From NCBI GenBank assembly GCA_002633005.1, contig NMRA01000004.1, forward strand, positions 1,121,793-1,185,792: 64,000 nucleotides of DNA, written 5' to 3'. The position numbers were made by a program, and so were the translations under genes. The stretch comes from Phoronis australis (lineage: Eukaryota > Animalia > Phoronida). Shown in pieces: positions 50,004 to 63,779 of the stretch; the first letter of the stretch is position 1; each line of letters opens with the position of its first letter. The notes under the pieces are model-generated. The model was not told where the DNA came from. It did no database searches and saw only the letters and a list, made by a program, of their open reading frames with translations.

Positions 50004-53000
50004 AAGAATGTTTGTCACTTTTTAACATATGAAAGAATTGATATTTTCAGACTCCTCCTTGACTGAAAAATCTTCATCCGTCCCTCGCAACATCTCACAG
50101 TCATTAATAATTATATGACTCGCATTTTTGTGGAATAAGTCTTATTGTTTTGATTGTGAATTTCTGAAAAAATAAATCACTAGCAATACACTGGGATTTG
50201 TGATCTGCCATTCAAATCAATTGCAATGAAAAATATGGATATACTTTTGCATGGTATGTGACTGTTGGATTTTTGACATATAAGTTATTTACGCTTTAAG
50301 TGGGTAGCTTTCCAGGGTATTCCCAGTAATCCTATATGGTTCGCATTAAGGTATAGTAAATAAATTTAAACCTACAGTTCATGAAGTTGATTGCTGGATT
50401 GAACTATACTATTGATATCAGGCAGTTAATTGGGTCAGCAAGTTATGTTTTTGGTAACTGTCTTTTCATTATGGCAGCATTAATTGTATGGTAACTTGGC
50501 AGAGGCATGCTGGTCTATCCTTCTTTTAGGAAAGCAGGGATTTTGCTGTTTTCTCTAGGTCTTGGACATTTGTTCTGAAGTGTCAAAATCTGTTGGAATG
50601 TTTTGAAAATCAGCCCAATAAAATTCGCCACTGGAGTAGGGTGGCAGAATTCATCAGTGATAAAGAAAACAACAACTTCCAAACAGAGTGGTTCTTTGCC
50701 TTGAATTATCAAGTTTGCGACAAAAACATGAGTGGCAAAGGGAGCTAATGTTGTCCACACTATTCCCAAAAGTCTCAATCAGGCAAATGTCTGGGCTAAA
50801 GTAAAATCAGTCGGACACTCTGAAAAGAAATCAGACAGTCAGATGAACAATGCTTAACAATATCTGGATATCTTGTAGTTTTTGTACAAATTTTCAACAT
50901 TGGCCAGCCTCTTATACTTCAAATTTGACTAAACAGGAATTTATTAAATGGATATTATCAACCTGAAATCCTTGTGGTTGCCACCAAACGCTCTGCTGTT
51001 GGAGATTTATTCCCACTTCTCAACTGGCTGAGTATTTTATGGGTGCTCAGCTGGTAAAGTTGCCTGTCTTGATTTCAGCGAATGTCTGGCAGGCAACATT
51101 GAGAATTGGCAGTTTGAAGTCAAATCTGAAAAACAATGGATTTTGTTGTTTATAGTTCTAGTCAAAGCGAATAACTTCAAGAAGGCTATCCCATCTTACA
51201 AGGATGAAAATAAGTGCTCTGACTGTAAATCACACAGAGGCCCTTTGAAAGTTGCATCCACTAGCTTGTAGTCTGATAAAAGTACAAACTGCAGCATGTG
51301 CAGAAGAATTGCTTTAATGAGCTAACATGTGCAAATTAAGAAAGAAAAAAATGCCTCTGTGTGTGTGTAATAATCAGCTAAATATTATAAATGACAGAAC
51401 TTGAGCAAATAAATTGATTTTATCTCAAACGTTTGTCATTGAACTCTCATACACATGTCAGTGTAGCGTGGGTGTGCCCTGAGGGGACACTTACAATGGG
51501 GAGGTATACGGGATGCGATGCTCTTGTTGGGCAACTTTTTCAAAGAGATTACATAAGGAAAGGCCATTTTCAATTAAATTTTCCATGAAAAGTTCACTTT
51601 GTGGACTTGAACTTTGCCAAAGGGTCCATTTTTGCAGCTACACAGGATAAAAGTGTTTCGGTTTTATCAAATTTTGTTGTGTTAAAAATAATTAGGTTTC
51701 AATTTGTATATAATGATAACTGCATTTTGTGTGGCTTAAATATATTACAAAAGGATTATGTTGGAAACAATGTCTTTCACAGAAGCTTCCAACCACTGGG
51801 TCGCTTTTAATCACTGGGTCTCTTAAAGGACGGGGTTCCATCTTACCCGCTTTCTATCGAGGTGGGTATCCTAATTTCCTAGGAACACACCCTGTAAAAA
51901 ATGTAGTCTAGCTCCTGTGGTGTGTATTGCCAGAAAATGTCTTATTCCAACTAAGCTTCCTCGGTTGTGTTGCAATTAAAATGTGTCACAAAATTGGGGG
52001 TTTAGCAAGTATCATTCCAGAATGTACAAATTTCAAAGTTTGATTAGAAAAACAGTGTACTTCACAGTGTAAAAACTAGTGCCTGCAACCAAGGAGAGCA
52101 CCTGGAGACATTCATTATCTGGGATAAATATCACATTATGGTTCTGACATTATCAGTACTGTTCAAGGCACCTATTCATAATCTTCATTAAAGTAGGTTC
52201 CAATTTGTTGGAATTACTCTCAAGAATTAAATGAGGGTGCTTAACATTTTTAATAGGGACCACGCACCTATTTAATGGCCAACATCAATATTTGAACTGT
52301 GTGTGGAACATAAACTAAAAAAGATATTTCCCTAAGGTATTTAATAAAGCTCAGATTGGCTGTAAACATTGCAGACCACTTGTTGCCGAGGCTTTGGCGT
52401 ACCTTCACTTGAACTGAACCTCTGAAAGAAGTTGTATGGCCTCCATTGCAATTGTTTAACTGTGGCTCTTCAGGTACGCGTGGTTATGTAAAGGAGTTAG
52501 ACTGACTTAGTGTGTACGGTAGTTATGTGAAGTTTTCAGTTGAACAGTATACTGTTCGCAGGTAGGTCACATTTTCTTCACTACATTGCTATCTATTTTG
52601 TTTATGTTGTCCTTGATTATAAGATGCAGATGACTTCATTTTTTTTCGTCAGCTTTATGAATGGATTAACAGCGCCTTGCTTGTCCTTTTGGTCTGCTTT
52701 GCATCAACATTCTTCACATATGTCAGAAATTCAAAGCTTTCTGCATGTCTTAAGTTGTCCTAGATTTTCCTGAAATCCACCACTAAACGTCTGAGTGTAG
52801 TTACACATATGGAACAGGTATACATCTAAAGCATTCAGACGAAGCTCCCCCCCCCTCCTGTATTGCCCTGTTATGATTGGTGGTTTCGTTAATCTCACAG
52901 ATGACTGTAACTGGCATCTCATGGCAATAATGTCTTAATTAATTATGGAACAGTGTTTCCTTCCAGTAAATTCCTGATCATTCTGGGGCATATGTATTTG

Positions 53001-56000
53001 CAATGACGATTTCACGATTTCTGCTTACGCCCGCTATCATAACTAGGAATACCCCAAAAAATTCTGGATACTTTTAGTGTTTCTCAAAATCGATGTTGAC
53101 GGAGGTGTGGCAAGTAATGTCAAGTTACTGTATAAAAATCAATCACTGTCATGGGCATTTTTCGCCAGTTCACTCCATTTGCATCGAAATGTATTTGAAT
53201 GGCTTATGTGCGTTCCGAAATGTCACCAAAGAACCAAAATCAGCTTATTGAAAATTCAGTTGAACGAAATCATTCTGCCCTGCTATTGTGTGCACATAAA
53301 ATGTTCAGTGCTGGAGGAAATATAAATGTCTAAACAGGAAAACAAATTGGCTGACCTAAGAAATGTAAATAGAATAAGGCTGTGCAAGGAATAAACTCAG
53401 CTTATTTTGCCCTACAAGTTAGAGTACCATCCACCATGGGGTAATCTTTATTTACCTTAAGGCTCTATGATCAATATTTGTGTGTAAACATGGCCTTTTG
53501 TACAGGTGTCAGCTCTGTTTCTCTTGGTCAATTGTCCGTGGGTGTGAATACATAGGCTGACTGTGGTGTAGAGCACTTGACAGGAGGAAAGAAAATGAAG
53601 TAATCAGTTGGCAACTTTGACATTTTAATTAGGATTGGATAAAACAAAAGAGTTTGCGTTTGTGCCATTGGTACTGTCCTTTTTCTTATTAATGCTTGTC
53701 ACTCTTAGAGAACTGTGTAATCATTTGGTCTGTGGCTTTAGCATGGGTTAGGACTTGGATTTTAATCGCTCAAGCTATGTTTGCTTCTTTCTTTTGAAAC
53801 TTGGAGCAATATCCACGAAGTTAAGCTTATCACAGGTTTAAATCAACTGTCACCAGCTTCTTTGTGTGTGCTTCTAAGCTTACAAGAAAAATTGATAGGG
53901 ACAAGCACATTTTGCCCTTATTTCTAAATTGAAAACCCTGTTTAACCAAATAAAAATTTGCTTTGAGAATCTAACAAGTTAGCATGAATGTCTTTATACA
54001 TTGAGCTTGAAGTCTGCTTCTGTAGGCGTATGGAAGTGACAGCAAGGTTATTTAGGGTTTTCCCATTGGCTTGTGTGCTAAGCCAACATTGAAGTTATTC
54101 CCTGGTATTTGACGAAAATATCTGCAAATTCTAAATGCATCTTGTACCATTGATGTGTGGATGCTTCAGTGTTGAAACTGCCCATTTTTTGAAGTTAACT
54201 TTCATTTTTAACTTCGATCCAAGTCCGAATTTAATCATTACTTCTGATTGACTTTCTCTTAAACGTTGAAGGGTGGGCATTAGTGAGATATTCTTCCACA
54301 CTTCTGACCTAAACATGAAAATAACAAAGTAGGCTTATGACCTGGAACAAAATAGTACAAGAAATTTCCATGCTACTGCAGTAACTAGTTTCTAGTGGAA
54401 AACAAAGAAATTAACTCCAATTGCAGCCCACGTGATATTTTTCAGATGCCTCAAAAAATGTCTGGGGGACACCGACACCAATTTCTATCAAAGTGTGAAA
54501 AGTTTTGTGTCAGTCACACTTTTATGATTGAATAACCTGGTTATAGACTTGTATTCCAGGCAGTGAGAAAGAAACACAACTATTTTGTTGTCTGTAAAAA
54601 AACAACTTCTTGAATAAAAAAATTTCCAGTTGACATGTTTCATTTTTCACAAATTATTTTGCGTTATACATATAAGTAAAACTGACTACTACCTATAGAT
54701 GGTGTTGTGATCATTTTCTTAGTTTTCTGTAGTGTCCAATAGGTGGTGATAGTTGCGAATAGCTTACTGATAGAACAGATCGAAGTTAACTTCATTTCCT
54801 GATGACAAGCAAAGTAAATGACACGTTTAAACCATTGACTGCGAATGAGTGTATTTAGGCCCGTGTGCCTTTTAGTGAAGTTGCACCTATATCTGGAAGT
54901 AGGTGTATACGCTTATATATGAAACACTGCCAAAGATTACTGAAAATTTTGAAGTTGCTGTGAGAATTAAACATGACTTATCCGTTACAAAAGGTCAATG
55001 TTGATGAGCATCCCATTTAACATTACCGTAGCTTGCTTAGCTTGTCACCTTCCGCACCATGATAAATCCAACGGTTGATCCCAGTGACGACTTATGCAGC
55101 ATTATAGGCATGTAAGGGCACTTAATTGGTACCAAAGGACAGGTGACGGTGAGGAGTTATGCGATGATGAGTTTAAAAGCAATGCAGCTTGTATTACAAA
55201 AACATCATTGCTGTATAATTGGTACTCTCTTGCAAGCCATTGAAAAGCGGAAAATATGTTCATTGCAATTATTAATATAATTGTTCAGTATTGAATACCG
55301 TTGTTTGCTTGTATTTTTTTTTCTTTGTATGTTTTTTTCTAATTTTGGCTAAAATTCAAGTAAAAATCGACTTTCAGTTTTTCCCATTTTCTCTATGTCG
55401 TGGCCATGTGACCTGAAGTGTCAAAATTTGTCAGGACATTTTGAAAATAAGCTGGACAAAATTTGCCATAGGAGTATAATGACCAAACTTTGGCCCATAT
55501 TGATCGGCAATAGAGAAAACTTTCGTATGAAATTATGTACACTATTCCCAGAAATGAATCAGACAAGAGTATAATGAAGTACCATAAGACACACCTAGTA
55601 AACCAATAATTGTACTTACTCTGGTGAAATTTCATTGTTTTGGGAAACAATATCAATCATTTTGTCAAATTTCTCACCAAAATAACTTTTCTGGCAGTTG
55701 ATAGTGAAATCAGACTTGAACTTAAATATGGAACTTTATTGTTACTTTACCGTCTGACTGAGCAGGCCATTGATGTCAATGATCTACTTAGCTCTAATTG
55801 TTTCCGTTTTTTTACAGAATTTGAGTAGCGGACAAGATCATGAGCTGACAATTTGGAACTGATATTCTAGTGAGTAAATTATACACAACTTGAAAAAGTT
55901 TAATTTTGGTATAAGGTCTTGTTGGTAAAATCTCCAATTTTGGACAAAAATTTACCTTTTCTCATATTTCAGGTGCTTCCAACATTGTCCTGATTGGTTG

Positions 56001-56018
56001 CATGTTTTGTGATGGTAG

Positions 56019-56056
56019 TTATTATGCGCCCACATATTTATATGTGGACGCATTAT
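56019..56056 (+). mobile_element. Isolated 5' end (subTIR/IR hairpin) of the same HINE-like family
   Basis: ttattatgcgcccacatatttatatgtggacgcattat is nearly identical to 60993-61030. Confidence 0.75.
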
Positions 56057-56262
56057 GGTATAGAACTTGGAACGTGGAAAACCATGAATTTGGCACAGTG
56101 TATCTTTCATGGAAAAATGGCGAGACAAAATTTCACTTGCCTGTCACATCATGTCCTAAATTGGTTAGATTTTACTGTTGTGTTTGAATTCCTTTCTTTC
56201 GTTTACCTGCGGACTTATTGTAATGAATAGAGTGGTAATGAAAATGCCGAAGACTTCCAACT

Positions 56263-56580
56263 AAAAAAGCACAGTTGGTTCTGGTCTTTGTTTTTTTTCT
56301 GAAAATTGATGCTTTGGTGCGGTATTTTTAGTTGCCCTCTTTTTCACCTGAGGCGACCAAAAATGATGCAGGTTTTTTGGGGGAATAGCTTGTGCTCATG
56401 GCCGTGTTGACTGGGGGGAAGGTAGTGCTTCAGTTACGTGTAATTATGCCTCACTTGCTAAGCCATGGCATTTCAAATCTTGTCTTGTGAAAAGGGGATC
56501 TTGGGTGGCCACTTTTTTCTTTGAGAAGTAAGCACAGGTCTCAAAATGAGACAGGTCCGGACAAGAACCAACTATTTTTT
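56263..56580. mobile_element. ~320-bp MITE family B, uninterrupted copy
   Basis: TIR aaaaaagcacagttggttctggtc / gacaagaaccaactatttttt; similar to 7711-7790. Confidence 0.7.
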
Positions 56581-59500
56581 GTGGGCTTCGTTTATTTTTT
56601 TCACTTTTTTCTTGAAGCAATTTCTAGTTGAAAAGTATTTTAGATTTACTGGCCAGCATTGGGAGTCACTGCTTATTGGAACCAGAGCTTAGTGTTCTAT
56701 TGGGTGAAGTTCACTGGGACTTGTGGTAATGCCAGAGACTTAGCAGACGCCACTGATTGGTCGATTTTGATTACAGGGCATCTTAACTCATTGAAACCTG
56801 TGGTGAGGTAAATCAAAGGAGAAGAACTGTAGAGCACAGAGTCTACCAGTAAGAGAGAACAAGAGAGAACAAGAGAGACAGAATTCATACCAGGCCAGTT
56901 TCCCTGTTATTTAGGTAAGGTTTTATTTGTAGCTTACGTGTAATCCAAAAATTGTGCAGTAGTTACGTCTCCTTACTTGTTGTGCACATGGTTGAGCTCT
57001 GCACACACACCTCTCCCTTTGTTTTGTCTGCATTGCTTAGCTATATTTAACATGTATCGGAACCCAATGAAAGTGGTTGGGAATCTTCGTTTCATCTTGG
57101 ATCACTGTAGATCTCTGATGAACGCGGGCCTGTTTTTGATCTCTCAATCTTCTTCTTTCAGTGCTTCAATATGGCATTGTGTTACCTCTTTGCTATCAGA
57201 GACGATATTGTTTCACTTTTTAATTGAAACCATGTGAAGACGATTAGCTTGTTCTCCCTTGACATTTCCACTTGAATTTGCCGGCAGGGTGCATGTTACA
57301 AATTGTTCTTTCTCTGCTGACTAACTCGGCTATTCCTTTTTGTAGGGAATTTTCCTTGAACAATATTCGCTCCAAATTATATTGTAACCGTAGGTTTTGA
57401 AACTTAAAATGAAACCAAGAGGTTAATAGCTTTTTACGTGTCTGAAATCAACTAAAGAGCAAATAACTAGGACCGTGTGTTCCTTGTTTCAAAGTCTGCA
57501 AAACTAGAAAAACCACAGGCATTTTGCTCCTCGCTCCTGCTAAATTCGACCCCTACGGTTGTATGGACACAATAAGCAGAGAGAGATCAGCATTATCCAA
57601 ACTAACCGTACTTTTATCAGCCCTTCCATGGAAGACAAAGTTCCTTGCAGACCATGCGGACATTCTTATAATCAGCCTTCTTTTTTTATAAATGCAATTC
57701 TTTTATTGCAACCTGTAGTTTGTTTCTTATGAACCACAATTGACCCATCGCAAGCTTCGCCCCCCCCTCGCCAAGAGTCGACAAACAAACAATAAGTTTT
57801 ACCTGACGTGTTATTTGTCAGGTAAATTGGCGGCTTCAAAACGAAGGTGTGTCAAGAATGCTGCGTTCTGATTGTTCAGTTAAGGCATCTCTCAAAGTCC
57901 TGGCAATAGGTCAATTCAGTTTATACACCTGAACTCGGTTCTTTTCTCATGGACCACTTTCTGTTTTATGACTAACGGAAGTCACACTTGGCATTATGTA
58001 AGATATGCTTCTAACAATGCATCGAATCTATGTGTCCTGGGGTGGTCTGCTGAACTGTATTTTGCTGGGTCCGCAGCTGGAAAATAAGCCAGTAGTTGCC
58101 CATTTAGAAACGTTACTTGAAAGACACGTAGGAAGCTTGCATAAGAAAGGGTTTGGTTACAGAAGCACCACCTTTTTGGAGGCTAGTTCCGTAAACTCAA
58201 CCCTTTTTAGGGATTCTACGTCAGCTGAATTTTTTACCCATAAGCCTGAAACAGTACAAGGAAAGACGTCGTGTTGTCAGTCGTCTATGTGAGACCCCCT
58301 CCCCCGGCTGTTTGTACGATGCTACAATCGGAACGTAATTATGAAGTGAGAAAAGAATTGTATGCAGAATTACAGCACATGAAAAGAGGTCTTCAGCACG
58401 TGATAAAGAAGAAACGAACGCTGTTAGTGAGCACACCCTTGCAATCATGAGATTCAAAGAATTATAGATTGACGCTGTTTTTGATTATAGTAACAGCTTT
58501 GTTCTCGAAGTTAAGGTGTTTTTGGCAGTGTTGAAACCCCAATAACACTACATTTTGAGAATAATTCTAGCATTATTTATTGACACCTCGTATCACTACC
58601 AAGCCTGGCAGAAAAAAACTCAAGTGTGGTGCACTTTTCAAAGAGATGGGTCGAGATTCACCCACTTTGCAAGTATGCGCATAATTAACTAGTGCTAATG
58701 GAGAGCATTGTGGTGATTGGCCTGTCATAAAAGTAATTACCAACATAACTCACCTGTTTTCAATGGAACGGCACATCTTATTATTCAGAAATGGTAGGCC
58801 ATTTGCAATACCTTTTTTTTATTCAGTGAGGAAAATATTGCGCAGGCATACCCTCATCCGGTTTTGAATGAGATTTCATTTTTTGACAAAGTTGTTGTGA
58901 GCACTTTCAAAATTAAGCCATGCCCAGCCTGACAATAGTTTATGGCTGTGTAAGATGAACCATGGGTAGTGAGGTGCAGGGATCTTGTCCTCAGTTAACC
59001 AACATTGTACATGGTGTGTTCACTTGAATGTCAACCTGTTAAATTACCCACCACTCTCTGAACTTGGCTGGAAAAAATACCAAACTGACTAATGAACCAA
59101 AAACTAATTCTTGTTCTGCACTAACTCTCTAACTTGAATTTTTTATTCTTTGTTTAACCTACTAAAATGACAGAATTTTGGTTTGTGACATGTAATACAA
59201 CTGAAGTGGTGTCCTGGCTGAGTTATGAGATTATAATAAAGCATGTTCAAACCTGCAATTCTTAATTTTCTGGTGTTCATTGTCTAGAGTTTTGTGAAAA
59301 CCTGCTCTGTGGTTACCCCAAAAGTGAGCTGTGAAGAGTCATCAATATTTGCCTAGAGCTATTATTATAAAAATTGGTCCTGAATCAGCAGTTCACATTG
59401 GAAACAGTAGCCACAGTGTAAAAATGTTCAGACACTTTGTATTTGTACATTTAGTTTAATCCTTGATAACCTGTCATCCAAACACAGAGCTTTAACACAA

Positions 59501-60992
59501 CAAACAGTTTTGCCTGACTTGTAGACACATACACAGAGTTTGACTTGTGCAAACAGTATGCTAATTTTGGCTATTTCAAAGAGATTGCTATGCTTCGAAT
59601 ATCTTAATTGCAAACACTGTAAGCTCACCTAAAATTTCTTGTGTTAATTGGCAGCATAAGTCAAACTGTGTTACTGTTTTCCACACAGTTTCACATTGCG
59701 TTTTGTTTGCATTAATGTATTTCATGCATTTTAACACTCCACTTTGTTTTTAAGTTGTTACGCATGTTGCATAGAAAGATTCTATTCGTCAAAACTTCTT
59801 GTTAAGATTTTGACCACACTGTATTTAATCAAAACACTGGAACATTCATTATTAAATCGTTGAAAGGGATTGCCTTCCTATTTAATTCTATAAACTATTG
59901 ATTTTACGCCAATGCTTTGAGCCCAGCATGACTTAGCCTCTTTCTCATTATACATCTCAAACATTGTGTCCTTACCATCTTAACTTATGAACCTCATCCA
60001 AACATCCATCCAATATACTGATCTTACACCCTTATTGTGGTAAAATCATAATTTGATCACAACAATCTTATAGTTTCAAAACTGACAGTATTTCTTGTTT
60101 AAAGTGCAGACCCAGTCTTTTATAACTGGCTTCGAAAAAAATGCTTGGTGAAAAGCTAGCCTGAAGCACGTGAGTTTTGGTATGGTTAATGTGCCAAAAT
60201 CGGTGTGTGAAAGAGTGCACAAGTATGTAATTAATCATGGTCTCAACACATCTTACTTTGAGCCCTTTCAACTACAGCTGCTTGCCTGGCCTCTGTTTGA
60301 TTAATGATCTACCTGAATATTGTTGAAATGAGAAGCTTCTCATCCTGCTCAGTGTTCCACTATACTAGTAGGCATTGCTGGCTGTCATGGCAACCTCTGT
60401 CCAATTGTCATCATCGGTGTCTTTCTTTCCTTAGCTGGCTTCCATAGATCCAATACATTAGCCATGCGCTGTCTTCCACAGAGCCAAGATATTATTCAAT
60501 CATGTATTGCAGCAAAAAAAATCTTCGATTATGTTCTCAAATGTAATTCTAACCCATAATCATTCTATCTCAAAATTCAACATTCCAACCTTGCCGACTA
60601 ATCACTTTAGTCAGCCACTATTTTGCTAGAAAGAATCTGCTGTGTACTCCTGGAAATTCTCGCCTTTCTTTTGTGTGGTTTAGTGCGTGGTATTGTGTGA
60701 TCTTGAAGTACTCACGTCTATGGTTTATGCTGCTCCGATTGATATTTGAGATTGGAACAGATATTACTTGTTCTTAATACAGAAGCGTAAGGAAATTTAT
60801 CCTATGGTAATGATATTGACAAAAAATGTAAGTTGCTATCACTGATTGAAGTGCTCTTGCATATACTGTTAAGAAAAAATGACAAAACCTCAGATGTTGT
60901 TGAAATTTTGGCAAAATTTGTTACTTGCGGTTTGCTATGAAAGTTTGCTTCAACATTGCACCCGTTTTCAACCATGGGAAATTTTTGTTACA

Positions 60993-62389
60993 TTATTATG
61001 CACCCACATATTTATATGTGAACGCATTATGCCGTCATCTCCATCCGTCCGTCCAGCATCCGTCCAGCGTCCGCTGCTCTATCTCCAAAACCCTTTGACA
61101 TACGTTCATGAAATTTGGCACGTGTTCCAATCATGAATAGGACTGCATGAGCGAACTTTCGGACAGATACGACTACCGGTGTGCCCCCTAGTGGCAATTT
61201 TATGTTTTTACACTTTGTATCTTTAAAAGTCCTTTACGGATTTTCATGAAATTTGGTATGTAGGCACCTATTAGTGAGATGACACTATCTTTTCGTTTTC
61301 GGATGGACTCAACGTAGTTTGCGCCACCTAGTGGCTGTTTTTACTGTTTTTGAGTCCTCCCCTCTATCAACCAAACCGCTCAAAGGATGATTATGAAAAT
61401 TGGCACGTATGTTCTTACTATGAAGAAAACTGTCGACAATGATTTTCCGACGATTTCGGCTACTGTGGTGCCTCCTAGTGGCAGTTTTGTTTTTTTGCGC
61501 CTGTGGCTGTATCTCCTAAATAGTTTGCAGGAACTTTACGAAATTTAGTATACTTATATGATGTTAACAACAGACGACGGGGACTTTCGGACAGATATGA
61601 CGACTGGTGTGCCACCTAGTGGCAATTTTGTTTTTTATGTTTACCTCTGTATGTTCAAAGGTCCTCATCATATGTTCATAAAATTTGGCATATAGGCATC
61701 TATTAATGAGATGTCGCTATCTCTCCATTTTCAGATGAATTTGACCTTGTTTGCGCCACCTAGTGGCAATTTTTACTGTTTTCGAGATTTTTGGCGTCCA
61801 CTAATCTATCAACTAAACCGTTTTCAGGATCTTTACTTAATTTAGCAAGTGTATTTATATGATGTTGATTACGGACGACAAGGACTTTCGGACAGAACTG
61901 ACTACTGCTGTACCCCCTAGTGGCAATTTTAGTTTTTTACGTTTAACTCTGTATCTTCAAAGATCCTCAACAGATTTTCATAAAATTTTGAATATAGGCA
62001 TCTATTGGTGTGATGACACTATCTTCCTGTTTTTGGATGGAATCGAGGTATTTTGCACCACCTGGTGGCCATTTTTGCTGTTTTCCAATCTTGTTTTTGA
62101 CGTCCACCCCTGTATCAACCAAATCATTTGAAAATTGGCATATATGTTCTCAGTCGGAAGACGACCTTTGATGATGGTGACTGACTACTGTGGCGCCTCC
62201 TAGTGGTAGTTTTGTTTTGCGCCCATAGTTGTTTCTCATAAACCCACTGCAGGATCTTTATTAAGATTATTATGTGTATTTATATGAAGATAACAGCAGA
62301 CATTTTTATGATCGAAATAAATAACCCTAAAAGCACAGCATTTTCAATGCATTCATGGGCGAATTTCAAAGCTCCGCGTTGCTCTTTTT
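60993..62389 (+). mobile_element. Helentron/HINE-like non-autonomous element with an internal array of ~140-bp units (8 units)
   Basis: 5' TT plus subTIR/IR hairpin (atgcacccacatat..atatgtgaacgcat), then a (GTCC)n-type microsatellite at ~61044-61072, central tandem units, a 3' subTIR-like atgggcgaat, a small stem-loop and a T-run. This is the DINE-1/HINE layout. Confidence 0.8.
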
Positions 62390-62449
62390 AAAAGATGTAA
62401 TCAACTGTAAATATTAAGGTATAATAATGAGTACCCTTTTCAATATTAA

Positions 62450-62530
62450 TATTTGCCCTAATAAGCACCCATGCTCTAATAAGTGCCCTCTACAGGATTT
62501 TGAACATTATAAATGTACGTAAGTGCCTTT
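62450..62530 (+). mobile_element. Fragment of a pogo-like terminus
   Basis: ccctaataagcacccatgctctaataagtgccc resembles the 40440-40480 end in reverse complement. Confidence 0.5.
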
Positions 62531-63662
62531 CCCTTCAGTGTAACAGACCACGTAAAATGGATACTGAATTACGTGACTTTTTACAATGTGACTTCAGTCT
62601 TTCTATTAATGCTGCTGTTTTAATAAATATCACACATGGAATTTTCAAGCCTCCAGACTGTACAGTGCCATGCAGTCAGCGCACCACATGATTTCACTGG
62701 AACGAGTCATAAAGGTTGTTATGGGGAAATTCCTACTTACTAATCAATCCGAGTTCCCGTTGCATTTGATTTCGATGGTACCCCAATACCAATTAAGCAG
62801 TCCATGGTGTCAAGTTTAGGAACATTTTAGACCATTTCTGCGGTCTTCAGGATGAAAGGGTTCACAACAATACATGAGCCATCATATCGATTGCTTTGAA
62901 AACTGTATATCACCAGTACCGGGCATATTTGGTGTAAAACATCGTTTCGAACAAGCGTGTCTTTCGGTGGTTACAGTTCAGGTACCATATTTTCGTCAAA
63001 TTAAATGCCACCTTTTCATGCCCAGATCATTTATTTAGACTGAATATGTTGGGATCGTTGCTTTAACAACCGTATTTGTCATGCTCCTACCATCCTGCAG
63101 TGATTACCCATGCTTGTTAGCAATTTCATTTGTTGCAGATTTATCATGTGACCTGTCAATGTAGGAATCGGAATTTCAGGAGAATTTTCCTCTCGGTTTT
63201 TGCCACTTTTTCCTGTAGTCTTTTGTGCTGTACTCACACACAACTCCTATTTCAGTCTCATAATAAGATACACTTGCACCTAATTGTTTTAAGCTGATTC
63301 ACCCAATTGCACTGTTTGTTTTGTGCTCAAACTTGGGACTATCAAAATATTTACAATTCTTGACACTGTAAGCCTTCACAAGGGCAGGCCTTCCAATATT
63401 GCTGAGTGACCTTTCTAAGATTATTCGGTTGAGACTTGTCTCACTCTAGACCAGATTCATAATAAGCACTGTGCATTTCTGAGAAAAATATCCTAGCGAT
63501 TTGGTACTTAGTCTATCTATTACTAAGATCCTTAAAATAAACAACTTTTGGCTTCTTTTGGATGAGTCTTGTCCTTTTAAATTAATTCATTGTATGTTAA
63601 AAACGATTTAATCTATCATTTAATTCAAGGATCATCATGCATTAAAATTCAGTTGAAAGACT

Positions 63663-63701
63663 TGGATGGTTGACCTTGTGGATGGTTGACCTTGTGGATG
63701 G
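63663..63701. repeat. 16-bp tandem repeat (tggatggttgaccttg) x2.4
   Basis: Read directly. Confidence 0.9.
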
Positions 63702-63779
63702 CTGCTGCTGAAACTCCTTTTATTACTTTTGCATCGGTAATCATGAATTAGGCTATGAAGTCTTTTAAAAAAGAACTTT

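Noticed and set aside
57798-57826. 10-bp perfect hairpin tttacctgac/gtcaggtaaa as a terminator
   Set aside because: Intrinsic terminators do not apply in this eukaryotic context; it is short enough to be chance or a repeat centre.
58005-58292. 95-aa + strand ORF as a coding exon of the divergent gene
   Set aside because: No recognisable homology; its 3' half looks like a decayed repeat ending in a C-rich terminus.
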